NCBI GenBank assembly: GCA_965202585.1
Contig: OZ241829.1
Coordinates: forward strand, 73,408,001 to 73,472,000
From: Thalia democratica
Taxonomy: Eukaryota
Direction: 5' to 3'
DNA length: 64,000 nt
Part shown: piece by piece, positions 22,703-35,095 of the stretch
How positions within the stretch are numbered: position 1 is the first letter of the stretch
Layout: each line of letters opens with the position of its first letter
Translations under genes and position numbers: made by a program
Notes under the pieces: generated by a model
Seen by the model: only the letters and a program-made list of their open reading frames with translations
What the model was told of the DNA's origin: nothing
The model's database searches: none

Positions 22703-23599
22703 CTGTTAAAAAGTTGAAAAGTTAACATTTAAAATGTTTATTTTAATATAGATGATAACTTTTTCTTTAGTTTAATAGTTACGAAGTATCTACCACTAAT
22801 TTATAACTATTTCAGCTTAATAAATAAATTTAAAACTATATATTATCTTTTATTGAATATGAAAATACCTATTGTATTAATTAATTCTACTGCTAATGTG
22901 TATATATTTTAACTTAATAATTAAATTTAAAAATAGAGATTTTCTTTTAATTAATATGCAGTACATTTCAAAAACAACACACGTCACCAGTGCTTACAAC
23001 ATATAAATGTAAGTTGAAAATATGTTAGTTTATTTGTTTGTCTTTCAAAAGGATTTTAGTTTTACAATACGCGACCAAAAGAATTTTTTTAGTTCTGAGT
23101 TAATAATCGTAAAATTCATTTAAAAATATGTGAAAGTTTAACAAAGTAGAAATAATTTAAAAATCTCAATATTGCTAAAAATGAAACTTAATACTTTCAT
23201 TGTATTCTATATTTAATTATTAAATGGTAATTAAGTACTACTTTAGTCATAGTTTGACTAAGCAGCTTCAGTAAACATGTAATATTTTGAATAAAAAACG
23301 TATTTATCAATGTTAACTTAGCTACTTTACAATATTTGTAAAAACATTAAGATTAAAAATGTATCTGAAATATTAACTATTAATGTCAAAATTCTAACTA
23401 CAATGACTATACTGCATAATAGTTCCGTGTTGCATTAATAGATTGTTATAAAAATATTATTTTCAATTGTTGTAGTTAAAAATACAAAGCAGAAAAAACA
23501 TTGAGAAACTTGTCTGACGATACTAAAACATTTATCCCGTTATTTTTCTATAGTTTTTGAGTTATAAGTAAACTAAAAATCTCAAGAAATACTTATTTT

Positions 23600-23975
23600 A
23601 AAAAGCCGCGCGTAAAAAAGATGGCGGCAACACTTGAACGCAGGAAGTTTGCGATTTTATAACTAAAAACTGCTGCTTCACAAAACTTCAGCTGAAATAA
23701 AAACCTATTTGTTACGTCACAAGCGGCTTTTACCTCAAGAACCGAAGCGTTTTAGTTTCACAGAAAGCATGTTGGGCCGCGCTCGGCAGGCCTTAAAATT
23801 AATTTCTTAGAAGAAGACAACTTGAGCTAAATATGCGTGCTGCCACTTTGAACCTTACTCATACTGTGAAGGCGTTCAATCGTTGGTGACGTCACTAAAA
23901 AGTCAATTTGATATATGACGCAAGTAAAAAATATGAGAGAGTTTTTTACGCTGCCTCGGTCTACCTGCTGTTAGG
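23600..23975. promoter_or_regulatory. X module (X3 subtype), CpG-rich, with YY1-like site
   Basis: AAGATGGCGGC at 23618, TTACGTCA, GGGCCGCGCTCGGC, TGACGTCA at 23887; core near-identical at 34705 and 53360. Confidence 0.7.
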
Positions 23976-24333
23976 CAATTTTAATTTTTTGTATGATTAA
24001 AAGTTAATAATAAACATAACAATTGAGATGAAGTTGTATATGTAGTCAAGATAAAATAAACAAAACTATTATGGATACTAAATTTGAATCCGTACGAAGG
24101 CTAATATAAACAAATACAAAAATTTAGTTTAAGTATAATTTTTGACTAATAAAAATAAGTATCAAAAGTAGTTTTAAGCAAGTATTTTTGCTAATAAAAA
24201 CAAATATAACTATAATCGTTTAACTTGAATAACAGAAGTGTGAGATAGATTTATGTGACGCAGATGACAAAACGAGTGAAATTATGTAAATGTAATCCTC
24301 AATGGATCAACCATACTACAACATTAGACTTAC

Positions 24334-24449
24334 ACCGGACGAGCCGACGACGGTCACTATAAAGTTGTCGGTGTGTAGGAATCAAAAATGTATATGTAAT
24401 CGAGTTACCATCTTCCTCACAGCGAGGAATACCTTCCCTTCCTCGATGG
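24334..24449 (-). other. Candidate micro-exon pair (41 nt and 23 nt) with a 52-nt intron
   Basis: TACAG|24449-24409|GTAAC...TTTATAG|24356-24334|GTAAGT; 23-nt length kept at 35479-35501 and 54111-54133. Confidence 0.5.
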
Positions 24450-24458
24450 CTGTAATAA

Positions 24459-24698
24459 ATGGGTGTCAGAAAAGCATGGGTCGTCACAGAGTGACACTTT
24501 AGCACGTAGTGACACTTTGGCAAGGAATGACACTTTATCGCGGAGTGACACTTTGGCACGGATAGACCATTTACCAAGGATCGTCATTTAAGAACAAAGC
24601 AACACTAAATCACGGAGTGACACTTTAACACGGAGTGGCACTCTGGCACGGTGTGAAACTTTGGCTCAAATTGACATTTTAGCTCGGTGTCACTCCAT
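24459..24698. mobile_element. GTGACACTTT/GCACG-repeat element (ATGGG family)
   Basis: Starts ATGGG, tandem AGTGACACTTT(A/G)GCACG, ends CTCCAT; paralog at 54237-54476. Confidence 0.6.
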
Positions 24699-25906
24699 TC
24701 TAACACTTATATCGTTTAAAAAACGATTATGTTTGATTTGACAAAAACATACCAAATGCTTATGTAATAAAAAAATGTTTAGTATTTCAAAACAAAAGAT
24801 AATCATTATTAAAATAATATTTTGTGTAAAAGTGTCACAAATTTAAGCTAAGGAATCAAAGTATATATATAAACAATATTTCAAACAATTTGACTTATAA
24901 ACTTTTAAAGCACATTAGGGACAACGATAAGGTATGCTTTTGAATCGAAACTTAAATTATAAAATTATTAGTTGTGTTACACCTAAATTCAGTCATATAA
25001 ACATCATGTTTATGTTCAAGTATTTTAAAATACTATCTTAATAATAATACTACAATAAATGTGTTTTTTCTGTAGCGTAATTTATTGATGTACCACCTAT
25101 TGTATGTAAACTAAGTAAATGAAAAAAGCGGTGTAAGTAAAAACTATTACTATAAATCTAAATCAATAATAAGCAAAAATATTTAATGGATGTAAAATAA
25201 ATTTTAATGAAATAACTTATGTACAATGACAATAAATTAACTAACCAGAGGGTTCATGCTAATGTTCCATTTTCATAGTTTCTGATTACAAAAGACGTAG
25301 TTGATTTTTTTTGTTGACCCGTCTCTTGACTGTTGAAGTAAAGTTTGTTGAATAATTGTTAATTTATATAAGCTTTTTTATTGACATTTTAGAACATATA
25401 GAACTACATTATGAATGTGGATCGTAAGCTGGTTGTTTGCTTCAACGGTTAAAAGTAGAAGTTAACAAACGAAATTATTTTTTCAGAGTTTTTATTAATA
25501 GTAGTAGTACTGTACAGATAACTTAAAATATTCCATTTTTAATAACAAAAACTTTGTTTTAAATTTTAAGAAAAAAAGTTTGGAATGTTTATTTATTGGT
25601 ATAAGTTAGCACAACGCAGAGTAAAGTTGCTAAATACTAAAACAAAATATCACATAAATTTTATTTCTGTATAATGATTTATGAATGTTTAGTTAAAAAT
25701 AATTACGTCATTAAGAGTCAAGTGTAAAAGTTTGTATAAAGGTTTAAATTAGAAATAAATAAATTAATTAATAAGGTAAAAAGTGATTGTAGTGTCACAC
25801 AATAAAACCTTTTAACGGACTTGCGAGTATTTTTGACATAACGACAGAAATTTCAATCAGAGTTGGGAGACCTAGTGACGTCATATCAGAACCTTTAAAC
25901 AGGAAA

Positions 25907-26298
25907 ACGGGTCAAATATGCACCAAGACAAAACTGCACCAGGTTACTAAATTGCACGAGGGCGCAAGATTTCATGGAAATACTTTTGCACGAAGACAAG
26001 CTTGCACGAGGGGACAAAATTGCACGAAGAAAATTTTGCAAAAGGGTCATTTTGCGAGAGAGTGAAAAAGAAAACACAAAAATAAAACTAAAAAATAAAC
26101 AAGTAAATAAAAAAAACAAGAAGAAAAGGTTATGGGTAACAGTGATAGTAAAAAAAATGAAATTAATAAAATAATTAAAAATAAAAATTCAACCCGTGCA
26201 ATTTTTTTTTTGTGCAAAAGTATCTTCGTGTATTTTTTTGCCCTAGTACAATTTTTTCCCTTCGTGCAGATACCATTTAAACCATTGACAGATACCAT
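25907..26298. mobile_element. CGTGCAAAA-family element between R modules
   Basis: GGGTCAAATATGCAC left end, TTGACAGATACCAT right end; paralog at 55705-56134. Confidence 0.65.
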
Positions 26299-26329
26299 TC
26301 AAACAGACTTGGGAGTAATTTTATTGTCA

Positions 26330-26440
26330 CATTAGAACCTTCAAACACGAGCTGTGAACAATTGTGACGTCACATAAGAACCTTCAAATAGATATGTGAA
26401 TGATTATGACGTCACATCAGAATTTTTAATCAGGCTTTAT
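26330..26440. promoter_or_regulatory. Tandem R modules
   Basis: AGAACCTTCAAA twice, with TGACGTCA at 26365 and 26407; another at 25876. Confidence 0.55.
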
Positions 26441-27299
26441 AGTAATTCAATTCAATAAATTATTACTACTTGAAGTAAGGACATACAAAAATAAAACATC
26501 AATGAATATAAACATTGAACATAGATAATATGAACATATTCAACATGTACACAAAAAACATGAATGGTATCAAAATATGAATAAACGAGCTCATAGAAAA
26601 ATGAATCCCTGCTAGAGCCGCAACCACTGAGGAGAAACAAAGTCAGTATTATCTTGTTGCATTATTTAGTTGCAAAATGGAATTCATAAGATTCAAAGTC
26701 AAAGCTTTCTAAAGAGTTCTTAATTCAATGATTATAAAAGACAAAGAAATGAGCTGAGATAACTGTTTCAAGCAAGCTTATGTTTAAAATCTCTGTATTT
26801 GAAAAATAGAAGAAACTTTTATTCTTTTTTATGTTTGCAAATGTTGCTTGCTTTCTAATGTCTAATTTTAGACTAAGACAAGTAGTTGATTCAAAATATG
26901 AAAAAGGTTAATTTAAAATAGAAGAAAATTTGTTTTCGTCAATATTATTATTGTTGTTTCTTTTCTAAACCAATGAATAAATTTTACAGTACTTATCCGT
27001 ATATTTTCATAAAAGTCAAGTACATTTTTATACACAAAGTTCAATTAATTTTTGTTTAGTTTTCTTTTCTTTCATTTCGCTTGATTAGTTGTTTTATTGC
27101 TAAAGAATTAAACTTTTAAATGAAAACAAAATCATGTGTAATAGCTCGTAAGAAACTTTATAAGCATTTAGTATACGACTCGATAACCGAAATGTTCTTT
27201 CGTACACCAGGTCCTTAGAACAAACTTTTTGAGCGCTTTTTTTATTGTTTAATAAACAATATAATTAGATTTTTAGACAAAAATAAAAGGTGGACAACT

Positions 27300-27600
27300 A
27301 AATGTCATAATCACGCACAACTCTGTTTAAAGTTTATAGTGTGACGTCACAATTACTCACAAGTCTGCTCGAAGGTTGTTGTGCTTGAAAAAAAGACTAA
27401 TAAAGGTCTGTGCATACTATACTTAGCAAGACTCTTTAAAACGATTCCTTACAAAATCAAATAATTATGCTTTATCACTTTATGAGGAACTTGTTTTTTC
27501 ACAAGCTTAAAAGAAGCAAACTTGAACTAGACTGTTAGAGTGAGTTACTGAAGATAGACCGCAGTACTCTACAAGCTGTTGTAATAATAGGAGGAATTTG
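27300..27600. promoter_or_regulatory. X module (X5 subtype)
   Basis: GTGACGTCACAATTACTCACAAGTCTGCTCGAAGG resembles the X start; paralog at 57120. Confidence 0.4.
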
Positions 27601-28576
27601 TAAAACAAAAATAGAAAAACAGTATATTAATATAATCTAGTATGAAAGGATGCACTCTTTTTTTTTTACTTAAGTAAATATCAGGACGTGAATTTTATCT
27701 TAGTTTTTTTAATTTTTATATTTGCATGCATTAATTTTAGAGTGTTTTACTAACTTACTGTTTGGATATTGCTAATAAAAATTGATATTATAGTGGCTTA
27801 CTAATTACATAACAAGCTATGTTAAAAGTTTTCTACATTTAGTTATATAAAATATTATTCAAAGTAAATAAAAATTTGTAATAAAAGAAATATAACTTTC
27901 TTAATCGGCTTTTAAAAATAACATAATAACATAAATAAAAATTTTTCAAAATTGTAACGACTTTAGTATAGATTCAGGACTCAAAATATTAGTAAGTAAA
28001 GTATTAGTATAAGTAAGCCTTTTGGCGATGAGCTGCAAAAGGGCTAAAGGGGCTACAAGGAAGTGCTTAGATACGCTTACGGAAACTTTTAAACTAGATA
28101 TCTTAAGAAACAAAAAAAAAAATTTAAGGCTTTAAAACTTACGGTGGATACTTTTGGGCTCAAAATGATCTGAAGCAATACTTTTATTAGTTTTTGAAAG
28201 GGCGATTATAAAAACGAGTTTGGAAAACTCTACCCTACAGAAGTATTGTTAACATAAGTGTTGCGCAGTGCTTACCAGTGTACACAACAGTATGCACAAA
28301 TTCACAATTAAGTGCATTATTTCCGCATATTAGACTATTTATAATCTCAGAAGATGAGAGGTGATTGAAAAAAGAGCGTTTTGAAAAACAAAGTGAAATT
28401 CTTATACAGATCATATATGTACAACTTTTTTAATCTTAATTATTTAGTTTAAATAAAGGGTAAAACTTCATAAGTAGTAGTTCTTAATGTATTTATTTAA
28501 TCAAAGACAAAGTCTTGCAACAAACAATTTAGTTGTGATCACTTTTAGAGTATGTATTATAAATGTAAAATTTTAC

Positions 28577-28679
28577 TTTGATTATCTTGGTTTCCTATCC
28601 ACTTAATCGCGTTTCTCAGCACTGATGTTGAAAAGTTGTTGCTCGTTTTTCTTCCTCGAAAATACCATCCACAGTCTTA
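28577..28679 (-). other. Candidate non-coding exon (S1 variant)
   Basis: TTTTTCAACAG acceptor; GAAAAACGAGCAAC...ACATCA core; weaker GTAAAA donor. Confidence 0.45.
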
Positions 28680-29599
28680 CTGTTGAAAAATAGAAAATTA
28701 TATATGTATTTAAATTATGATTTAAGCTCTAAATTTGATATGTTTTGCTAAATTTGCTTAATAAATAGTGTAGCGATGTCGTTTATACTTATAGTCAAAG
28801 TTAAGTTTATTTATATTTGTTAGACTACTAAAGATACTTTTCAGTTTTTTTTCAAACAAACACTAAAAAACTACATTAAAGTATTGTAAAACCGTGCTGA
28901 ATAGTTAGTTTTCATTACTTAAAAAAGTTATACAAAAAAAGAGTGATAATTAAATTGCTATCACACGATCAATTTGTAGTACAAATAAATGGTTTAAGTA
29001 GACTCACTCAGAAGAGTAAGTTTTGTAAGAGTACCAGCTGGTGGTAGTTTATTTTTAAACGAATAACATTTTTCGACTTAGATGTTTTAAAAAATTTCAA
29101 CAATGATCTGAACAACTTAATGAATTGTACTACAAGCTGAAATTTTTTTAAATCTCAAAAAATTTACACATTTCAAAGTTCTCAATTGTCGAAAAACTTA
29201 TGAAATCGATTTGCTATCTTGAAGCTCAAATATTGTTGTTTGATGTAAAACTGAATAAACTCAAGTACTTATTAAAAATATTTTTTTGCTTTAAAAGTAC
29301 AAACCAAAACGGTTAATACAAGTGTAGATAAACATGTTAAATAATAACATTTGACTTAATAAAAACGGTTTTGATTTAGAATTCAAAAAACATAGGGACC
29401 TAAAACCGATGAATTTGTTTTTCTAAGGTTGTTATAGTTACTGAATTTAAATCGCGTTTTTTGCTTAATATGCGTACTCAGTATAACTTTACTATATTTT
29501 CGTCAAAACAACAGATTAACAGTTAAAAATAAGATATGAATGAAAATAGGAGTCAAAATTGACACTGCTTCTGTCAGCACTGTGGTAGGTATAATAACA

Positions 29600-29770
29600 G
29601 AAAAAATGGCGTGTTAATAGCATATAAAAGAAAATAGCGCAACTAAAAACTGCGTGTGACGTCATAATACATATATAGTGACGTCACAAGCTGACTTTAG
29701 GAGTAAAAGATTCCTAGACTTAAAGTTTTGAGGATGATATAGTCGTGTTTGAGACGAGCTTTGTAAATTT
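29600..29770. promoter_or_regulatory. X module (X2), truncated
   Basis: AAAATGGCG, TGACGTCA at 29657 and 29679, AGTCGTGTTTGAGACGAG, then a transposon fragment. Confidence 0.6.
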
Positions 29771-29917
29771 AAACTGACAATTTCTAACTTTTTTTTTGTA
29801 AAACTTCCTGAATATTCCTGACTTATTTTTAAAAACCCCCATTTTTTCCTGACATTTCCTGAATTTTGTCTCTTTTTTAAGTTTTTCCTGATTTTACCTG
29901 ACCTTGTGGCAGCCCTG
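29771..29917. mobile_element. hAT-like terminal fragment with CCTGA repeats at a duplication junction
   Basis: Ends GTGGCAGCCCTG (reverse complement CAGGGCTGCCAC); paralog at ~59546-59662. Confidence 0.55.
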
Positions 29918-30047
29918 CTTAAGGTAAATTGTCATGACTATTAGTTCTAAATACTATTAATTAAAAACCATTAACCATTGACGAAATCATACAACAAAAA
30001 ATTAATTCTTATAATCACACAACATGGATATAAATATAACAACTTAC

Positions 30048-30147
30048 TTAAGTGTTCCATGGACTTAATTCCGAATTACGATGTATTCTTGTTGATAGAT
30101 TGATGGAGAATAGTTCACCGTGAAGAATAGTTCTTTACTCTGTCCAA
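30048..30147 (-). other. Candidate non-coding exon (S1 variant), 100 nt
   Basis: Paralog of 18574-18677 with the same AG and GTAAGT. Confidence 0.55.
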
Positions 30148-30349
30148 CTGTTAAAATAAAATTTTAATTTATTCAGTTTAATTTAAATCTGATTTTATTT
30201 GTAGAACTTTGTTTGCTACAAAGAGTAGTCTAGCATTTGAAGCTGTAATTGTTTGTCATTCTAGATCGTGATCATCACATTAAAAAAATCACTTTTTGAA
30301 TTATCTTATAAAATTGCTTTAAATATTCTATAAAGAAATATACTTTTTA

Positions 30350-30820
30350 TGAGCTCAGCCGAACTCTAGAGGATTAAAGTAAACCTTAAAAATATATACA
30401 ACAACGTTAGTTTCAATAAAGCGAGTAATTTGCAATTAACTGCTATTATATTCGTACAAGCTTGTTTCGTTTTGACTTTTTCTAACAAACATATTAACAA
30501 ACTAAAACCAACAGTTTATTGAACAAAAAACGAAAATGCTCGAAAAGTTTTGATTTAACTACCTAAGTGTACGAAAACTTCTCGGTCATTGAGTCGTACA
30601 CGAATTAAGTGTTTTGAGCTGTTAACAAGTATTTATAGTCATGCTAGATGACTTTAAAGATTCACCAGTTAGAAGTAATAAGAAGCAAGGTTGAAGAGTT
30701 GTAACAATTTGAATTTAACTATTTTTTGAAAGCGCTATATTGTTTGAGTTAGTTAGTGACGTCATGATAAATTATACTTAATTATGACGTTAAATTTTGA
30801 GTCTTGCCTTTTTTTTTTTA
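30350..30820. promoter_or_regulatory. X module (X4)
   Basis: AGTCATGCTAGATGACT; TGACGTCA at 30757 and TGACGTTA downstream. Confidence 0.5.
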
Positions 30821-32334
30821 CGGTTTGTAAATTTCAATACAATTTATAGTATTTTAAAACATTTTATACAGATCGGTTGTTATAAAAGTGTTCATAATGT
30901 GCAATTAAGTTACAAAATCATTTTGCTTTTTAATGTTCGAACGAATATTGTAATTTTTATAATGTTATGCAGTTTACTGTTTTAATTCCTCAGAGTTAGC
31001 TCATTCGTTATAAAAAGGCTGTGAATAATCTTAAATAGCTTAGTATCATATAACAATAATTTCAGATCGACTCAGCATTTTGAGCATAATCGACATACTT
31101 CGAATTATCTTTACAGAACATAATTAAATATGGTCAACAAAGTAGCCAAATATTGTGGCAGCTCTGCTTGTTAGTAAATGAAGCAACAAATATGCCAGTA
31201 TTAACAAATATCTAATTTAATAACAAATATTTTAAGTAGCTCTCTCATTGTTTACAGCAATAAGCAACAACAGCCATTTAGTTAGCAACAGCAAGTAATC
31301 TCGTCAGTCAAGAAACTTAAATACGTACCAACTTTCAAACCTCCAATTAACACTCGCGTAAATTAACACAAAAAGTATATTAGGCTCCTACGACCACTTT
31401 ATTAATTGAAATAAATCAATCGATTTATTTTTCTGTATTTTGTAACTATTAGTAGGCGAATGATCCAAGCACCGGATAAGTCATTGAAAGTAGCTGTTTT
31501 CTTATTTAAAACAATGAGTACAATTAATAATCCACATATAGATTTGTTACAACGCTTTTAATCGCTGATTAAACCGAGAATTGATCGGGGAGTCGGAAAT
31601 GAGATTTGGATACAGCATCACAAAGTGCCAAGTTACTTAGATGCAGTTCGCCTTTTTAACTGATCCTTCTTAGTCAAAAGCAGATTTGTATTTTAATAAA
31701 AGGTGCTTTCAATTTAAAGAACAACGTAGATGAAGATAAAAGTAAACTGGAGTCTGTTTATACACTCTTAACTCGAAACAAACTAAAATGTAAAATATCA
31801 GTTAACCTTTTACGGGATTCAGTTTTGAAGGTGTAGATAGATTCGTGTGACGCAAATGACTTAACACTAGAGAAGAAGCGAGATGAGTGAACATGACATA
31901 AAACAGCACTCGAAACAGCACTCTCGAAGGAGCTTTGGAAACAGCGGCCTACAAATCATATTTATCTTATTGAAACACTAAAATCATTGCTTAACAACTA
32001 TCATTTATACACCGTTTCCCAACCGTGACACGTGTTTTATGAACATATCATTGTGTGATAACAATTAAAAAACTCCCGTTCCTTCGCAATGAGTAAAGGT
32101 TAGGTGTAAAGTATTGATAACTGCCCGACCAACAGACTACAACGGCATCAGAGTCAATAAATTAAAAAAACAAAAACATAAAATTCATGAATACGAAGAA
32201 TTTAAACATGGACATATAAACAAGCTTGCTCATACAAACAACTAGCTCGAAAAAGCACCACGTAACAGACCAAGGGGGCACATAGTCAACATACGGTTGT
32301 TGCACTAAGACTGTCAACACAAACACCTTATTTA

Positions 32335-32395
32335 AACTGACAGATGACGTCATTAGTCATTACGACGTCAATCATTTAAACATAACTGTGAACTA
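32335..32395 (-). promoter_or_regulatory. R module
   Basis: TGACGTCA (32345) / CGACGTCA pair; minus strand TCTGTCAGTT follows. Confidence 0.5.
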
Positions 32396-33794
32396 GGTGT
32401 AATAATAAGCTTTTTGTTTGCGCTTAAGTGAACTACATGCTTACTCACAAAATTGTTATGACCTGAGCTATTGACATTTAAACACAAACATTAATGAATA
32501 TGAGTATGAAAATTATCAATGTAAAGAATATAAACGATATTAGACAAAACTACGTAAATGAAAACAATATTAATGACATTAAAACTTGAATAAGTCTCTT
32601 AAAAATAAAGTCCGTGACGTGTAAAAGGGGCGTGAAAAGGTACCTAGATACGAGATACTCAAAAAAAAATTATATTTAAGTTTGTATTGAGGTGCAAAAA
32701 TATTGAACATAAACTTGAGACAAGTACTATTCAAAGGTTTAAAATATATTTTTAAAATTAAACTAGATTAACATAACAGTTATAGTTTTATCAGAAAATA
32801 TTCAATTTAATTAATTAGTAGTTCAACTGGAATTAGCATATGTACAAAAATAAAAGTATAATAAACAACAAGTAAAATTAGATAAGCGACAAACTAGACA
32901 AAATTATTTTTCTTTTTTTTTTTTGTTTATCACTTAACGAGTTTCAGAATATTTTTTTGTACAAACATTTAGGCCTAATTTTTACAAGCAACACTGTGTT
33001 TATATATATAATCTTTTTAAGTTGTTATAAGTCTTGTTTGTCGCTTATTCTATTTTACTTATTGTTTGTTTTACTATTAATTTTCTACGGAGGCTTATCT
33101 TGGTTGAATAACTAATTAAATTATAGTTATGTAATTATGTACAATTAGTCTTTCTCTAGTTAGTTCTTGGTGTATAATTTTATTAGTTGAGTATTTTCTA
33201 ATGAAACATTTAACTGTTTACTTACTCGAACTTTATTTTTAAAATTAGTTGCTACAAAAAAAATTAATGGTTTCTGAAACGTATTTTACTTGTTTGGTCA
33301 ATAAAAATGTTTTTAATGAGTATTGTCTTAATTTTTTGTTTGTTACCTGTAGTAGTATAAAAACATTTGGCAAAAAAAATTGAAAGTACAATTTAAAGGA
33401 AATTCAAAACTCAATTTAGGTAATAATTTGATTACAATAGGTGAGAGCAGTATTTTTTTAATTTGTAACACAGAGTTTTTATGAACTTAAGTTTAAAAAA
33501 TCCTGCCCTGTTGAACAATGTTTTGCACCGAATGATAATTAGATGCAAAAAGTAGGACGCATAGTAGCTTTTTGAAAAACTATAGGGGGGACGATTGCTG
33601 TCAAAATTTCTTAAAAGTGACTGTTACAAAATTTGGCTTTAAAAAGCTGATAAAGATCAATGCTAAACAAATGTACTAAACTTCATTTGTTTAAGATCAT
33701 TTATGATGAAACATCTTAAGTAGTAATTCTCAGCGAGCTTAATTAATGAGATATGTTAGCTTAGGCAACTTGTTTTACAAATATTAAAGCTTAC

Positions 33795-33890
33795 TTGGAG
33801 TGTTTGCTTTGTTTCATCAACTGCATCCTTCAACATTTATGTCAGCTTGAGAGATTGTTGATTCCTTCCACAATATATAGCTGCCATCCT
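33795..33890 (-). other. Candidate non-coding exon (S1), 96 nt
   Basis: TTTTAACAG acceptor, GTAAGC donor. Confidence 0.6.
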
Positions 33891-34704
33891 CTGTTAAAAT
33901 GTTAAAAAATTAACTACTAACATTTAATATAGATGATAATTTTTTTTAGTTTAATAATTACGAAGTATCTGCCACTGATGTATAACTATTTCAGCTTAAT
34001 AAATAAATTTAAAACTAGATATTTTCTTTTAATTTATATGCAGTACATTTCAATAAAACCACACGTCACCACTGCTTACAACATACAAATGTAAATTGTA
34101 AATATGTTACTTAAACACATCGTGTGTTTTTCAAAAGCATTTTAATTTAACAATACGTGAAACAAAAGAATTTTTATTATAAAAATTCTGAATTAGAAAT
34201 CGTAAAATTAATTCAAACAGTATGTGTAAGTCTAACAAAGTAGATATAAATTAAAAATCTCAATATTGCTAAAAATGAAACTTAATACTTTCATTGTATT
34301 TTATATTTAACGATTAAATGGTAATAAAGTACTACTTTAGTTATAGTTTGACTAAGCAGCTGCAGTAAAACATGTAATATTTTGATTAAAAAACGTATTT
34401 CTCAATATTGATTTAGTTACTTTACAATAGTTGTAAAACCCAATGACATCATGTTTAAAAATGTATTTGAAATATTAGCTATTAATGTCAAAATTCTAAC
34501 TTAAATAATTATATTGCAAAACTTCCGTGTTGCATTAATAAATTGTTAAAAAATATAAAATTTTTAATTGTTGTAGTTAAACATGCAAAGCAGATAAAAC
34601 ATTGAGAAACTTGTCTGACTATACTAAAACATTTATCCCGTTATTTTTCTACAGTTTTTGAGTTATAAGTAAACTAAAAAATCTCAAGAAATACTTATGT
34701 TATA

Positions 34705-35095
34705 AAGCTGCTCGTAAAAAAGATGGCGACAATATTTGAGCGCTGGAAGTTTGCGATTTATAAGCTGGAAGTTTGCTTCAAAAAACTTAAGTAACGTCAC
34801 AAAACTTCAGCTGAAAAAAAAAACTGTTTGTTACGTCACAAGCGGCTTTTACCTCAAGAACCGAGCGTTTAAGTTTCACAGAGAGCATGTTGGGCCGCGC
34901 TCGGCAGGCCTTAAATATTATGAATTTAAAAAAGACAGCAGTATGATAATAAAGCGTGCTGCCACTTTGAACGTTACTCATACTGTGAAGGCGTTCAATC
35001 GTTGGTGACGTCACTAAAAAGTTAGTTTGATATATGACGCAATCAAAAAATGTGAGAGAGTTTTTTTACGCTGCCTCGGTCTACCTGCTGTTTGG
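34705..35095. promoter_or_regulatory. X module (X3)
   Basis: AAGATGGCG at 34720; TGACGTCA at 35006. Confidence 0.7.

Larger units (their letters stand above)
18455..24458. repeat. Internal ~6 kb duplication, paralog of ~29918-35596, ~48910-54236 and ~59665-64000
   Basis: Collinear S1 exon, X4, 1.4-kb block, R module, hairpin exon, S1 exon, X3 and micro-exons. Confidence 0.9.
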
